NCBI GenBank assembly: GCA_045837725.1 | Contig: JBEWZL010000221.1 | Coordinates: 62,001-126,000 of the forward strand | Direction: 5' to 3' | DNA: 64,000 nucleotides | Source of the DNA: Vermamoeba vermiformis | Taxonomy: Eukaryota | Part shown: positions 12,997 to 26,260 of the stretch, one piece after another | Layout: every line of letters begins with the position of its first letter | Position numbering within the stretch: the stretch's first letter is position 1 | Made by a program: the position numbers and the translations under genes | Notes under the pieces: generated by a model | The model's database searches: none | Seen by the model: only the letters and a program-made list of their open reading frames with translations | Told to the model about the DNA's origin: nothing

Positions 12997-14955
12997 TTAT
13001 ATACAAGATAAAGTGAAGAATGTTCTAGGGATGGGATTAGAGCTGCTCATAGCACCAATCGTGATTGAATTAGTTTGCAAAGCTCGTTTGTTATGTCTTG
13101 TCGAGGATCCCATTTTGACCATTATTTGAGCTGTTTCACCAATAGAAAGGACTCGTGTTTGCGTCGGAGATACAGCTTAATAAATATTAGCATTAATGTT
13201 CGAAATACCAAACTATTTGGTACTTACTAGCATGTTCTGAACCAGATGCGACGTACACATTAAACGCGGTTGGTTGGAGCTCGATATTTGTTAAATTCAG
13301 ATAGAATGTGTTAGACTAGAACACCATTAGTGCTTATTCCTAGAAACTAAGCATATAAGGATGGCTACATACCACTGAGCAGTTAGGACGTTGTGGATTT
13401 ACTTCATTGAGGGTGAATCCAGCATCGATCGTAGAAACAACCTAAGGAACGGTTAGTATTGCCTTTAATAATTACACATCGCCTGGTATTCACTGACAAC
13501 TTACATTTGACAAGATAGAACCAGCTTGATAAATAACGTTCGCGGCGTCGTTGTCTTGTTTCAGATGCGCCAAAAAGAACGAATTTGTCAAGCAATGCGT
13601 CAATTCCATTTGAACATCACGGTCAATCCATCCCGTCAGCGATCGACAGAGGAAATCAGGCAGTTCGATGGATTCGTCCCTGTTTGCCAAAAGTCTTGTT
13701 AGACAACAAGGTAAAGCTTTAAAATTTCGAAAATAACCGCATTACATGAATCCACAATGCCATCCACCTTGAATAACATTCAACAACTTCGGAGGCGAGT
13801 TGAGTAAGCTGTAGATCCGTACGTTTTCGCTAGGCGATGAAAGGAAGTCATCAGTTCCGCCAATAATAAGAGCAGGACCTAACATGATGTCAGATGTGTG
13901 TACCAATCGGCACCTACTGTCTACTTACAATTGACACCACCCATTAACTTAGCATCAAGCGCCATACCAGCGATCGGGGCAACAGCTTTTACACGCAGAT
14001 CCGGTTGTGGCCACGCAACTGAATAAAGTGACCTACGCGTAATGGTATTATATACGTGGTCCTAGTCACGGTCATTATAGTCTCTAAAGAGCTTACATGA
14101 ATCCGCCTTCAGAATGGCCAGTAACACCCATGTTAGCAACGTCTACCTAAAAATCGAAAATACGCAAATTAATGAATGCTGATTCGAATCTGTACTAATT
14201 AGGCATTGCATAGTGCGTAATAAATACCTTGCCATTTAGCCACGATGTTGTATCGGCATTAGCTGCTTCAAGGTAATCCAAGCACAATCGCATGTCCGTT
14301 GCGTAACGGTCCAAATAATATTGTATTCCAGGAGTATAATCGCTATTTGGGCCAATAACCTATAAATCGTTCATACATTAACCACTATTAAATGGAAAAT
14401 ACTCGCATTGAGATCGTACGATGAAGCCCCAAGACGATAGATGTTCAAAGTAGGAAGTGTACTCAAAGAGAGGTTGTAACAAGCCGTGGGCGAATGAAAC
14501 CTGCGCCAATAGCGAGCTTAACATGAATGCACGAGGAAATATATCAAAAGTAAGATAAATACCACAGGGAAAGGACCGCCAGAGATCATCGGTGCATCTT
14601 GGCCATCACTTGTTGCAGGATAATACAAATAAATATCAAAATTCCTAAAATAGACAATTAAGTGATAGGCATCGACAACCAAAGTATTTGCTATTATACG
14701 GAACTCCGCGGCAGATTTGAAAAATAAAAAAATATCTTCTTTCAAATAATTAAACACGAACCTATCTTTCATATCAATTGATAATCCACCCTTGTAGCCC
14801 GACTTATATGGTCCTGATAGCAAGGTTAATCGTGCAATACAGCTCGATCAGCTACCTTTGTGTCCATATCCAGCGCAGTCTATCGCAACCGCGCATTGCC
14901 ACGTGAGGACGATGGCCACAACGAGCAAGACAATATTTCTCGGTTCTGTGGTCAT
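12997..14955 (-). CDS. Secreted alpha/beta-hydrolase (chlorophyllase/PET-hydrolase-like fold) with C-terminal extension
   Basis: Signal-like N-terminus MTTEPRNIVLLVVAIVLTW, then IYLYYPAT...GPFPVV, HGLLQP...EHLSSWGFIV, nucleophile elbow MGVTGHSEGG and ALIIGGTDDFL. Confidence 0.75.
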
Positions 14956-15889
14956 GAGAGGACTAGGAGAAACAGTTTTTTCGAAGGTTCTGACGGCGCT
15001 AGAATTACTCCTTTGTGGAGATTTCAGTTATTGAAAATTAATTTTGAAAGCAATTCCGATTTATATAACAAATTAATACAGTATTTACAAGGTGAGATAT
15101 TTACATTTCCATAGGAGAATTGGCTGCACGTTAAATCATAAAAATTACTGTCAAGGATAATACTAAGCCGGTTATTAGCGACTGCACAAAGTGCTGCAAA
15201 TCTGAAGAGAATTTCGGGCCAATATTTACAATGCTATGAAAATAAGCAAGAATTAATAACTCCGTATTTTTTAAAAGTAGTGAGCTCGCACCAAAAGACT
15301 TACACATTAGATGTTTCATATTCGTCAGGCTCGTTGCTCCTAGTGGTTAAGTGCATGGCAACCAATAAAGCGATGAGAGCAACGTTGAGTTTCATCGTGA
15401 GAATAGTCCTGGTCGACGGGTACGCTTTGATCAAGCTCGATGTGTAGCTGCTTCCGTCTTGAAACAACGAATGGTAATAACTAACTGATTGAATTTTGTT
15501 GCGTTATGGTTGCGGTGTTCTTGTGTAACGAATGGAATGATTTTCTTTCGTTTTTATTCGTTTTCTGCGGTATTTGCTCGTTTCCGCACGCGCCGTCAAA
15601 TCACAATAAAATAGTCTTCCTGATTTGGACAGCTTGCTGCGGATTGGTCCATTGGTTTTACGGTAGGTCTACCGTCATGTAAATGCCTGCGCGTTACCTC
15701 AGAAACTCGTAACATCGAAAGTACTATCTACGGAGTTATTGTTACCATTTTGTGTGTTCAGCGAAAAAACGGTCATGTGGGTTTGTCGTCGTGTTTGAGT
15801 ACGTGCTTGATGTTTGTTCACCACAAATAAGTTGAGTGTAAATGAAAAGCAAATAACGGCTAGCCGATAATTAAGAACGCACGAGCAAG

Positions 15890-18800
15890 ATGCGGATTGG
15901 ATCAGCTTTCCACCCAACAACAATTATAATTTTGATTTCTTTCTTTTCCATACATTCAGGTAAATAATTGCCCGAGAAGAGCAACAAAAATGTTGCTTTC
16001 CATTGGTGGAGGCCTGAAAATAGATCGCGTAGAAGAAATTAATTAAATATATTATCTTCTAGTCTCCGCATCATGTCCATATAATTGTACAAACAACGGT
16101 GCTTGTCAAGATGGTAATATTATTTAAATTGATTTATTAATATTTTTCTTACGCTTTTTCGTAAATCATAGGGACGTGTATTTGCAATTCAGGTTGGACT
16201 GGAAATTATTGTCAATATGGTAAGGCCTTATTACGAGCGAAATAGTGTATCAAGTGCTCAACAAACTGGATCTGAATATTCGCTTTATTGTAGGAATATA
16301 TCCTCTGCCCACTGGAACTCCTGTTAGCGTCAATACGACGGCGAATAGCACGTGGGCATACTTTCAAACCTCATTTCACGGTTCATCCGTCAGCGAACTG
16401 ATAGTATGTTGATTCGATCTCTTGAGAGCTCTTGCTTAGACTAGAATTAATAATATATTATTATAGGTCACTGTAACATCTAAATCGCAGTTACCCGATC
16501 AAGCTGGTCTTTTTGCCGCTTACAACTACGTGCCAAGTTACGTTCAATACGATTTTAGTGGTCACATCGCAAACACTTCAATACAACTCGTAGTCGAAAT
16601 TGCACGAACCGGAGATTGGTTCTTTGCAGTGCGCGGGGCCAATATGTCATTCACTATAACGGCAAATGTTCAAAGTACGTTGGTACCTGTAAAAAATTGG
16701 CTAAACTAACGCTCCAACCACAGCTCTTTGTCCGAACAATTGCAGCATGCATGGCATTTGCCAATCAAACGGACAATGTGATTGCATTGCAGATTGGGGC
16801 ATCTATAACGATTGCTCTCGGGGTAAGCTTAAAGATAATATGGGACTACGAGACACGTGTGCGGATCTGATCTCTCACTTGTAGAATCATCTGAATTGCA
16901 ACTGGGTGGATCTGTTAGCGATCAAACAGTGTATCATGCTTTCAACTATTACCAATTGGCAGTCAATTCTGACGCTGTGCTTACGATCCAACTAACGGCC
17001 AATCGCGGAAAGTTTGAAAGAGATGGTACGAGATCCATTTGGTTTCATCAGAAGTATTTATTTACGAAAATATTATAGGCACTTCGAGTTATTCGTTATT
17101 TGTGGCAATAAGCAATACACCAACTTTGAACTCGTATGATTATGTTAGCCGCACAGTTGGATCCGACACTCACGTGGTTAAGATTGAAAAGCCACCATCT
17201 GCTACTTTAGTAATTGGAGTATGGGGCCATGACATATATAACTACACTTTGACGGCCTATAATAACGTCACGTGCCCTAATCATTGTAACGGCAACGGTG
17301 TTTGTCTTCAGTCTGGAATTTGCAAGTGCAATGAATATTGGAGCCAAGAAGACTGTTCGTTATGTAAGTTGGATACTATTATTACTATCAAATAGGATAT
17401 TAATTATCGTATTAAATCAGATCGACGATCGATCAGTCCTGGATCTGCAGTTCAAGACAGTATCCTCAGCAAAGGCACAAAGTACTATTCAGTCGTCGTT
17501 ACGGACTATCCAAAGACCGTTGAATTCGATTTCAACGTCACTTCTAACGGTGTTAATCCGAACATTGCCATCGTTTATCAATACGACCAGTTGCCGCACC
17601 TTTTGCGTTATGCAAAGCGAGTTATATGCAACAGTAAGTAGTGATTATATTAATAGGTGCCTAGTACTAATATTATTTAGCTAATTGTTCGCTCGTGCTT
17701 GAAAACGCACCAATGGGCAATCACGTCATTGGGGTGATCAACCAGGGTTCGGGATCTGCACCACTGAACTACACATTAACAGCTGGTGTGAGCGGTATGT
17801 TTAATAGTTACTACTTGTCAGTCTTATTAACCCATGTAATACAGTCGATTGTCCTAATAACTGCTCGTCGAATGGCCAGTGCGTGCAGTCAGCTTGTCAG
17901 TGCAATAAATGGTATCAAACGGACGACTGCTCGTTATGTAAGTGAATGTCATATCAAATTGGTCGCATAAAAACTATAGTTTCTAATGGTTTGTATTAGA
18001 TATCGAAGGATTGGATTGGAGTGGCAGTCCTTCAGCCCCAAACACTGTCTCGCAAGGGCAATGGCGATTTTACGAGTTCAATGTCACCACGAGTACTTTC
18101 TTAGTATTCTATATTCAGCCTTCACAACGTCCTTCAGGCAGTAAGTTTACTCGACTAACTTGTGCTTTGTGGCTAATTTTTTGTGTCAGATCTCACCCTA
18201 CCGAATTATCGAGTCTTTGCGCAATTTGGCAGACTTCCTTCAGTAAATAACTACATCAAGTCCACGGCAACAGGACTTGACTATTACCAAGAGCTATTGA
18301 TTGAAGGCAGTGCGAACATCATCCCGGGCACGTGGTATTTTGGTGTCTATGGCCTCGGTCCTGCTATTAGCTACACTGTGTCTGCAAATTTTGAAAGTTA
18401 TTGTCCTCGTAACTGTTCTGGCCATGGTGTCTGCGGTGATAATTTCCAATGCATTTGTGACCCTCCATACTTCTCCGATGATTGCAGCAGTCGTAAGTTT
18501 CACTAACAAAAATTTCATCAGGGATATGTCTAATGATGTTTTATTATAGAGGATTTGCCTATTAGTACCGGTGTGTTCACAGCGGGCACAATTTCATTTG
18601 ACCGTTGGAATTACTATCACATAAGCATCCTCGGTGATGACGCGTTGGAAATCACTGTGGCTGAAACACGTGAAGATCATCAGTTAGGTCTCATATGGCT
18701 CTTTGCTAAGAAGAACGGAAGACCAACAATAGACGACAATGATTATAGAAATCAATCTGATACGTCGTTGCTCACGATTTGGATCCCGTCAACTTCAGCA

Positions 18801-19720
18801 CGAGGTAACTGGACTATTGGTATTACTGGCTCGCCTAGAAACCACGGAATTTACGTTGAAAGAGCTACTTACACGCTAATTGGTACGTTAATAGCATTTT
18901 TGAGGAAAATTTACTGATCTTGAACGAATCTAGCGCTGACCGGATGTGAGACCTACACGGCGTGCAGTTCTTGCGTAGCTGATCCAAACTGTGGCTGGTG
19001 CTGGAATGATTTGAACGATCCTGATGCGGGCTTGTGCACTGCAGGTGATCAGCACCATTCGTTCACTGAAAACTGCGTCGTGTACCAGTTTGACACGTGT
19101 GACGTTTCAGTACCACAAGCCGCAGCGACGTTTAGAGGCATTATTCTTGGTATAGCTGTCGGTCTCGGTGGATTATTACTATTGGGAGGCATTGCCTTAT
19201 TTATTTGGCGAAGACACAGGTGTGTTTTAGACCGGATCTTACGCGATCTCTGTTTACCTTTTTTTTTTTCCTTTACTAACGCTCTTTTGCTTTATAGATT
19301 AAGATTGAAGCAGAAGATGAGACCTACGCAACTGCTTCAAACTCATAGGCAATATCAAGATGGTGGCTTGTTGGTCGATCCGAAAGACACGGATCCGTTT
19401 TTACCTTCCGGCGGTCAACAGCAAACTACCGACGGCACCAATAACACTAATATCAATGCCGCGTATGACAGTTCAACGCGCAAATATAAAAAGAAGAAAG
19501 TTAAGCCAACGACGAGAATAGCTAAATATGGAACAATGCTGGATGCTGAGGGTACGTTTTTAACGTGATCTGTTTGTAAATTTAGCGATTATTAATATGA
19601 TATGTTATAGGATATTCATCCCTTAGTAATACCATTGGTGTTGATGTGCATACAGATGATGAAGACGAAGAATCAAGCAGCGAGGGCGAGCCGATTATTT
19701 CTTCAACACCAAAGAATTGA
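15890..19720 (+). CDS. Single-pass cell-surface protein with alternating tenascin-type EGF repeats and PPC-like beta domains, juxtamembrane PSI, TM and cytoplasmic tail
   Basis: Five CP[NRY]NC..[NH]G.C...C.C...W...DC EGF units. PPC-like units W.[YF]Y...G.W[YFT]IGV. PSI CETYTACSSCVADPNCGWC. TM GIILGIAVGLGGLLLLGGIALFIW-RRHR. Stop TGA at 19720. Confidence 0.8.
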
Positions 19721-19892
19721 AGTCACTGTTGAATAGTAAAATTGAATTATAAATATAAGAGTACTTTGAGTACAAATAATTTTGGGGCTGCATTTGCTCG
19801 TTTCGAGATCTTTCTCAAATTTTCTTGCCTGATTTATTTTGTTCCAGCTCTTGATTTTATTTCAGAATCAGCGCTAAACTTACAACACGCAC

Positions 19893-21655
19893 ATGGAACA
19901 TAATATTATCGAGGAGCCTGCTCCCGTGGCTCCTCAGCCAAGTAAGTTAAATGGAACTCGCGATCTAAATCCCGCTTACTCATCGATCAATTTTAGAGTT
20001 ACTAACAGAAGACTCAATAATTCATTGCTATCCTATTTATGGCGGCGGAAATCCTCCTCCCGCTATTCACGGATATTTCAGAGCAGGTAAGTACATCCAA
20101 GAACTCGCCCCAAATAATCCTAAAAATACCCAAAAAATATACCCAGGCACTAATATCACTCAATGTGTTCAAGCATATCCTCATTTGATGTTATCTATTT
20201 GTAGGTCATTCAGTCGATTACATTCCTGAAATAGATGCGCTCTTTGTTTATGGTGGTTACTTAGAACCTCAAAAATTACATGTATTATACAACGTCAAGA
20301 GTACTATTACCCCTGATGCCAGTAAGGAGCCTTATTGGGAAGAAAGTAAGTCTTTTTCGCTTGACGGTTGAACTACATCCAATTCTTTAGACGCTTATTA
20401 ATTCATTACACCTAAATAGTGATCACTTGATCATGGTGCTAATTATAGATATATTTTTTAGTCAAACTGGATAAAATCAAAGGCCGCGCAGGTCACATTA
20501 GTTTTATTCGCGATGGAAAATTCAATATTTACGGCGGTTATAACGACGATGGGCTATTATTAGACTTCGCTCAAGTTGATTATAGTAAGTATTACTATTA
20601 ACTTAAGCATAGAAGCCTTATTAAGACATTTTACTTTACTCAGATACTTTCGAAACCAAGTCTATTCCTTATAAGGAAATGTTTTTGAACACTGAACGAA
20701 GATGGGCGTGCGGAATTAATATTGAAAACAAATTGTTCGTGCACGGTGGATGGAACTCACGCGGACCTCTGGATGACATGTTGATGCTCAACTTAGGTAG
20801 GCAGTTAACTGATGCGAATCATCGTATTATAATAGCTACAATAGTGATATTAGTGACTAAGTATTATTTTCATCGTGCTAGCTTTTTCTGAAAATTTGAA
20901 CGAGATCCAAATGCATACAAAATTTTTCAGACCTTTAATGATTTTAGTCGTAGTGTTAGGACTATGAAAAATGCGTTAGTATGCGTATCATTCGTGTTGT
21001 TAATTGTTTTTTTGCTTTGCAGATGAAATGAAGTGGGAGACACAAGTTCAACTGGGTGAAGTTCCGTCAGCTCGTCGTTGGCACAATTTGTCACAAATGC
21101 ACTCGCAGCAGCATAGATATCTATTATACGGCGGCTACGATGGAAATTATTACAAGTTATTATCAGACACTCACATATTAAATCTACGTAAGTGCTAAAA
21201 GTATCAGATCCAGTTCCGCTTTGTGACACGTACACTTACGATGAAATTTTATAGCGACTATGACTTGGGAGCAAGTAGATGTTAAGGGGAATGTTCCACC
21301 CCCGTCAACTAGACATCAAATTATGAATGTGAATGATAAACAAATGATTATGATTGGTGGCCAAGACGAGGCAAGACGAACCCACAAAGAGATCTACTTT
21401 TTAAATACAGGTAAAAATTTTGTTACAAAAGTACTATTAATACATTATACATATATTCTTTATTATATTTATACTAATGGTATCATTGTAGATGAAATGC
21501 GATGGACTCAATTGAAAAATACGAAGAGTTTATTTGACATCAAAAGACACGCGCACAGAGCGGTCAAAATAGATGAACATATCATTTTAATAGGCGGTGG
21601 TTATGTAGGAGGCTATGTCGAGCCGTTTTATTGGATTGATATGCGCATGTTGTAA
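19893..21655 (+). CDS. Kelch-repeat beta-propeller protein
   Basis: Repeated R.[GA]H...(F/Y)VYGG units: GRAGHISF...IYGG, LFVHGGWN, PSARRWH...LLYGG, PPPSTRH...MIGG, RHAHRA...LIGGG. Confidence 0.85.
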
Positions 21656-21760
21656 ATTACTTTGTACATAAACGCGAATCCGAAAACAAAACTGAAAGAA
21701 AACAATTATTTATTTACAATTTAGTTTGATAAATACGTCGCTTTTGTATACAAAGCGTAC

Positions 21761-22164
21761 TTAGCTTTGGTGTTGGGAAAGGGTATCATCAAGCACTTGC
21801 TTTTCTTTTGCGAGCAAATCCATCGTGTCAATGATTGGTGGCTGATGACCTCTGCTAAATTTATGCGGAATTACTGTATAATAGTGGTTAGTTAATTCTA
21901 GGAGCTTATCTCTTGAGTGTCGGTGCTTCAAAGTTGTCTCGATCTCGGCTAAGATCTTCGCACCTTAAAAAAAAATCTGGTAAGTATTAATTGCGATAGT
22001 AAAATCTGACGTATATATGACATACCCTTCTCTAGTTGATCTGCTGATAAGTGCTCAATCGGCCACCCTTCGTCAGGAAATTCGCCTACCGAACGTCGTA
22101 AGCTTGCGTTTTAATTACAAACTGGGATGATTGCCTTACCAGGATAGGATTGTCGTGAATTCAT
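21761..22164 (-). CDS. Small (~95 aa) protein consisting only of a PARP regulatory (helical) domain-like region
   Basis: Exons 22164-22140, 22085-22026 and 21963-21761 splice in frame to MNSRQSYPGEFPDEGWPIEHLSADQLEKGAKILAEIETTLKHRHSRDKLLELTNHYYTVIPHKFSRGHQPPIIDTMDLLAKEKQVLDDTLSQHQS*. This matches the PARP_reg consensus LS..QI..G..IL...L.ELSN.FYT.IPH.FG...PP.I. The frame is open a little further upstream (to ~22230). Confidence 0.7.
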
Positions 22165-22599
22165 GGTTTGTGGTGTATTTAACAGGGGTTGTAAGGAGAA
22201 AAGAACTTTTTTAAGTCCAAAGGACAACCACTAAAATTTTTCATGAAATTTCATAAAAATCGGACCAAAATGATCGATCGTCTCACAAGTTACATTTAAT
22301 CCATTAGTAAATAGATCATTATATAATTAATTCTTCTTGTTGTGGCAATTGTCCTAGATTCGTAACACGGAATTTGTACCACAGTAAGTATCATTTTTGT
22401 CGTGACGGTTTAGAAAAATAATATGCGTCTAAGTAAGAAGTAATTTCGTGTAAGTAATGGTTCCAGCCGCACTGACTCCCAACCAAACACTAACAAAATT
22501 ATTTACTAAGGAAATTTCTTTCAAACATCTGTGTTGATCGCACAAACCACGCGTAAATACACGTTAAGTAGCAATTAAGATTAATAATCAGGAGATCAT

Positions 22600-23114
22600 C
22601 TAGATTGTCGAAGGAGCGTCTGGCTTAGCTCTTGGGTTCAGATCTGAATTCAGAAGCCAGTTTGGTAGTCCCTAAAACAGCATCAGACAATCGAATATTT
22701 TATTATAAACCTCGGAATTTAACCGATTTTAATACCTGATGAGGCTCGTAAGTAGCTTTTAAGCGATCTATTTCGTCGTATAGGGCTTGATTCTCTTTTC
22801 TCATGTCTGTTAGCTCCTATTAAGGGTAAATTTAGTATTTATACATTTAATACTCATTTTATTTATTTAATTTACCGTAATTAATGAATAATAAATACCT
22901 GGGCAATGATCGCGTTGCGATCTGACAATGCACCGTTTTCGTTGGTCAAGACGCGGTTTTCCTCCTTCATAGAACCATTATTCTTCTTGAGAGCATTCAT
23001 TTCATCAGCAATACCGCTGAGATTATGTCGCACATTCCGCAGTAAAGCTTCGTTTTGAGATGTGGACGGATGTTCTTGCGGTACGTTGTTGTATTGGCTC
23101 GAATTTTTGTACAT
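22600..23114 (-). CDS. Small coiled-coil protein of unknown function (3 exons)
   Basis: Heptad-rich ORF 23114-22899 is continued by exons 22818-22736 and ~22671-22600 with GT-AG junctions. Confidence 0.55.
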
Positions 23115-23448
23115 CGTATAATCATCCGTAACAAATATGGTGTACTCTTCGTGAGAAAAGAAATAATCAATAATCAGGTATTGCAGTCTATTTTAAAAAG
23201 ATCTGATCTTGGCACGTGACAACGCATCTTTCTATTAAATTGCAACGAGAAGTGCTGTATGATGGTATATGAGCGTTAAGTGGTATGAAACTTTCCTTGT
23301 CCCAGCTGGCAAGCGCACTTCCCTTTTTAGATTTTGCGATACGCTCGAACTTCAAGAGTATTGCCCCAAAAACCCAAAAAACCGATCCTTTTAAGACATT
23401 TTCGTCGTTTCGAACATTTTATTATCAAGTACATATTTGACGTCACAA

Positions 23449-23859
23449 ATGAAGACCGTTTTAGTATTTTTTGTTTGCCTAGCAGTTGCGAGCTTGGTAG
23501 ATGCGCAAACTTGCTCAGCAACTGACTTGAACAACTGCGTCCAAGCACATTATAATTGTCCTATGAATACTCAAGAGCAGACGTGCCAATGTTACATCAA
23601 TTTCTACGCTTGTTTGGCACCGGTTGGATGTTTGACCAAATCCAACACCGACTACGAGCGACAGACCTGCATCAATAAATTTTGCGATACCGAGACAGTA
23701 TGTAATCCAGATTTATCGCAAAATGGCCAAGTAATGCCAGCCAGTCCAATGAGTCCGATGCCTGCTCCAACAACTCCGTCCGCTGTTCCTTCAACTGCTT
23801 TCATGACGACCGTTAGCTTTCTGTTGTTATTAATTACAATGACTGTACTGCTACACTAA
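23449..23859 (+). CDS. Small secreted Cys-rich, probably GPI-anchored surface protein (intronless)
   Basis: Signal peptide MKTVLVFFVCLAVASLVDA, 10-Cys domain, Pro/Ser/Thr stalk and hydrophobic C-terminus. Confidence 0.8.
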   Translation: MKTVLVFFVCLAVASLVDAQTCSATDLNNCVQAHYNCPMNTQEQTCQCYINFYACLAPVGCLTKSNTDYERQTCINKFCDTETVCNPDLSQNGQVMPASPMSPMPAPTTPSAVPSTAFMTTVSFLLLLITMTVLLH

Positions 23860-24224
23860 CATACGTACCAATATTTACGTGTAAATAAAAACAATTTCTT
23901 GTAGATCTGTATTTGGATCTAATTTCCAAGATCGTACTGCACTACGGACCTACAGGAAATCCAGATAATACCTAGTATATTAACTAGGCGGATAGCGTCT
24001 CCGCAGCCTTTTCACCGTTCCCAATCGTTCGTTCGAAAGCTACAGTTCCTGCATCTAATTCCAAACTTCGGTCTGTCTTCACATGAGATAATGGGCTTGG
24101 TATTACTGTCGTATTCACTTATTTATCCATAATAGGAAGGACTATTCGAAGAAATGAGCTTCGGGAAGTCGATGTAACAGCTCTTATTATAATAAAACTA
24201 ACCGAGTTTTTTTTGAGCTTGCAA

Positions 24225-25153
24225 TTACATTAACTATTTAAGCGTTAATATAATATACTATCTTATTAGTATTATACTTACTGCACAACGCTCTTGTTTT
24301 CGACGCGAAGGGTTACTTAGAGTTGGATTCAGGTTCTTTTGTCGATCAGCTTTAATCTCACGAATATCCCGTTCTATTGCTGTTACTACCATAGTTACAG
24401 CTTCTTCAACGTTCTTATTTTCTTTGGCGCTAGTTTCTATATAAGGAAATCCTTCCTTCTCTGCGAATTGTTTGATCTCCTCGTAAGTAATTTTTCTATG
24501 CTCGATATCATCGCATTTGGAGCCAACTAATAATAATTTTGCTGTTTCTAATGCATAGCGCTTAATAGCATTAACTTGATCGATTAAATGTTCGAAGCAA
24601 GATCTGTCGGTCAAATCCACAAACAGAATCAACCCATGTGCGCCACGATAATACGATGCTGGTATAGTCGGGAACCTGTTATAACATGGAGTGCGTTAAT
24701 ACGTTATTTTGACACTTGTATTTGAACCCTACCTTTCACCGCTGAACCGATCCCACATCTGAATGGCAATTTTTTTGCTTGTCTCAACCGAAGTAATTTT
24801 CTTAATTTTCTAAAATAGCATATTATTATTTTGATGTATAGTGCCGTATTGGATCGATAACGATAATTAATTTCGCGCCTAATTTAAATTAATTTAACAG
24901 ACGTTACTTACGAAGTCAACACCAATAGTCGTTATAGAATTATCCGGAAAATAATTTTCTGTATATCGCAAAATAAAGCAGCTTTTTCCTACTCCAGTAT
25001 CGCCTACCAGCACGATCTTGACCATAAACAAAACATGTCAGCGCATGATTATGGCATCCAATTAATATTAATAGTGTACCTTGAATAGACAATCATAATC
25101 TTTTTTTTTTCTTGTTTTTTCTTTTTTTTGCACGCGCTACATGGATTATTCAT
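24225..25153 (-). CDS. Divergent Rab1/Rab8-like small GTPase with C-terminal CaaX
   Basis: [53 protein letters not shown], ETSAK. The last intron gives ERCA|LM*. The first exon is out of frame by 1 nt within A-runs at 25101-25129 (probable homopolymer error). Confidence 0.85.
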
Positions 25154-25434
25154 TATTGTCTATTATTCGAAGCTAAGAACACTTGAGAGATAATTTACGA
25201 TGCATTAATTAAACCTATAAAGCTTCAATAAGCTTATAAATGGTAAGTGACTGCTTTAAAGTCGTTAATCTCGCTATTTATTTATTATTTTATTACAAGT
25301 AGTGAATAATTATGATTATGAAGCATTTTTTAATTAAATTGGTGGACGACGTGAGAGAAAAACAACGTTCAAATTTTTGGATTTATTTGTAAACCCGACA
25401 AGAGGACATGGTTGCATAAATACGCAATAGCTAC

Positions 25435-26260
25435 CTATTTTTTCTTGCGATTTTTGGACGAGGTTTGCTGACTAGATCCAGTAGGTTTGTCAATCTGCAT
25501 TGCATCCACTTGCTTTTCTACATGCGCGACTGCTTTTGCATTCAAATTGGTGGACATAGGAGGAGGCACATGTTTACTAGTAACAATTCGTAAGTAATAG
25601 TCCACAAAGATTTTCGGATCAAGTAGCACGATTTTTCGTATCGCAAATCTCAATCGTTTTCTTAGAATTTCTGATACGGATGAATAATACTTACGCATCA
25701 GGGACATCCTCGCGGGGCGAAGTAGCCGCTCGAGTCTTTTTCAACTCGGATTCTAATTGCTCGATCCGCTTTTGCATTTCTTTGTTTTGATTCAAGACCA
25801 TTTGAAGAGTATCCGAGAACTTAGTAAGTTGTTCTTCAAGGTGTTTAGTATTTCCTTGCTGTTCTTCGTTCAGACGTCGTTTTTTCTCGCGGCTTTCTTG
25901 ATGCACATCCGGATTGGATTCTGATTGTCGCTGAACAGCCTGGAGGATGGTGGTCTTGATATCTGGTATTACACGCGTCACACGAGAGTCGACTTCATCG
26001 CGAACTCGGCTTTCAATTTTGTTTTCAATTCCGGAATAGTAGAGCTGATCCAAATCTTTTTGAATAGCCAAGTGGATTTTGTGCGTCAAATCGTGCATGC
26101 GCTTGTCCATTTCGATAAGAATAAGTTTGCCGATGACGTCCATGCCCTGCTCTTCAAGCAAATTTCTTAAGGTTGATTCTGGATTCGGATTTGACGCAGG
26201 GATAACCTTAGGCGCTACTTGTGGGGCAGTAGTAGTCGGGGTTTTGTTTTTTGATGACAT
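25435..26260 (-). CDS. Coiled-coil protein of unknown function with basic C-terminus (2 exons)
   Basis: 189-aa ORF ending at a GTAAGT donor (~25694). The second exon ends KNRKKK*. Confidence 0.6.

Noticed and set aside
15131-15395. Possible small secreted gene (MKLNVALIALLVAMHL...) on the minus strand
   Set aside because: It has a signal-like start and a GTAAGT donor, but I could not assemble a convincing downstream frame.
7850-22230. NADAR-like gene plus PARP regulatory mini-gene as one ADP-ribosylation system
   Set aside because: They are over 10 kb apart with four unrelated genes between them, and nothing in the sequence links them.
23985-24200. Possible ncRNA or coding remnant between the GPI protein and Rab genes
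   Set aside because: No tRNA or snRNA motifs, and no start or splice context supporting a gene.
25101-25129. Programmed frameshift in Rab exon 1
   Set aside because: The offset falls in A8/A6/A10 runs, so a homopolymer sequencing error is more parsimonious.
25435-26260. Retroelement Gag/ORF1
   Set aside because: It has a spliceosomal intron, no zinc knuckle, and no adjacent pol or terminal repeats.
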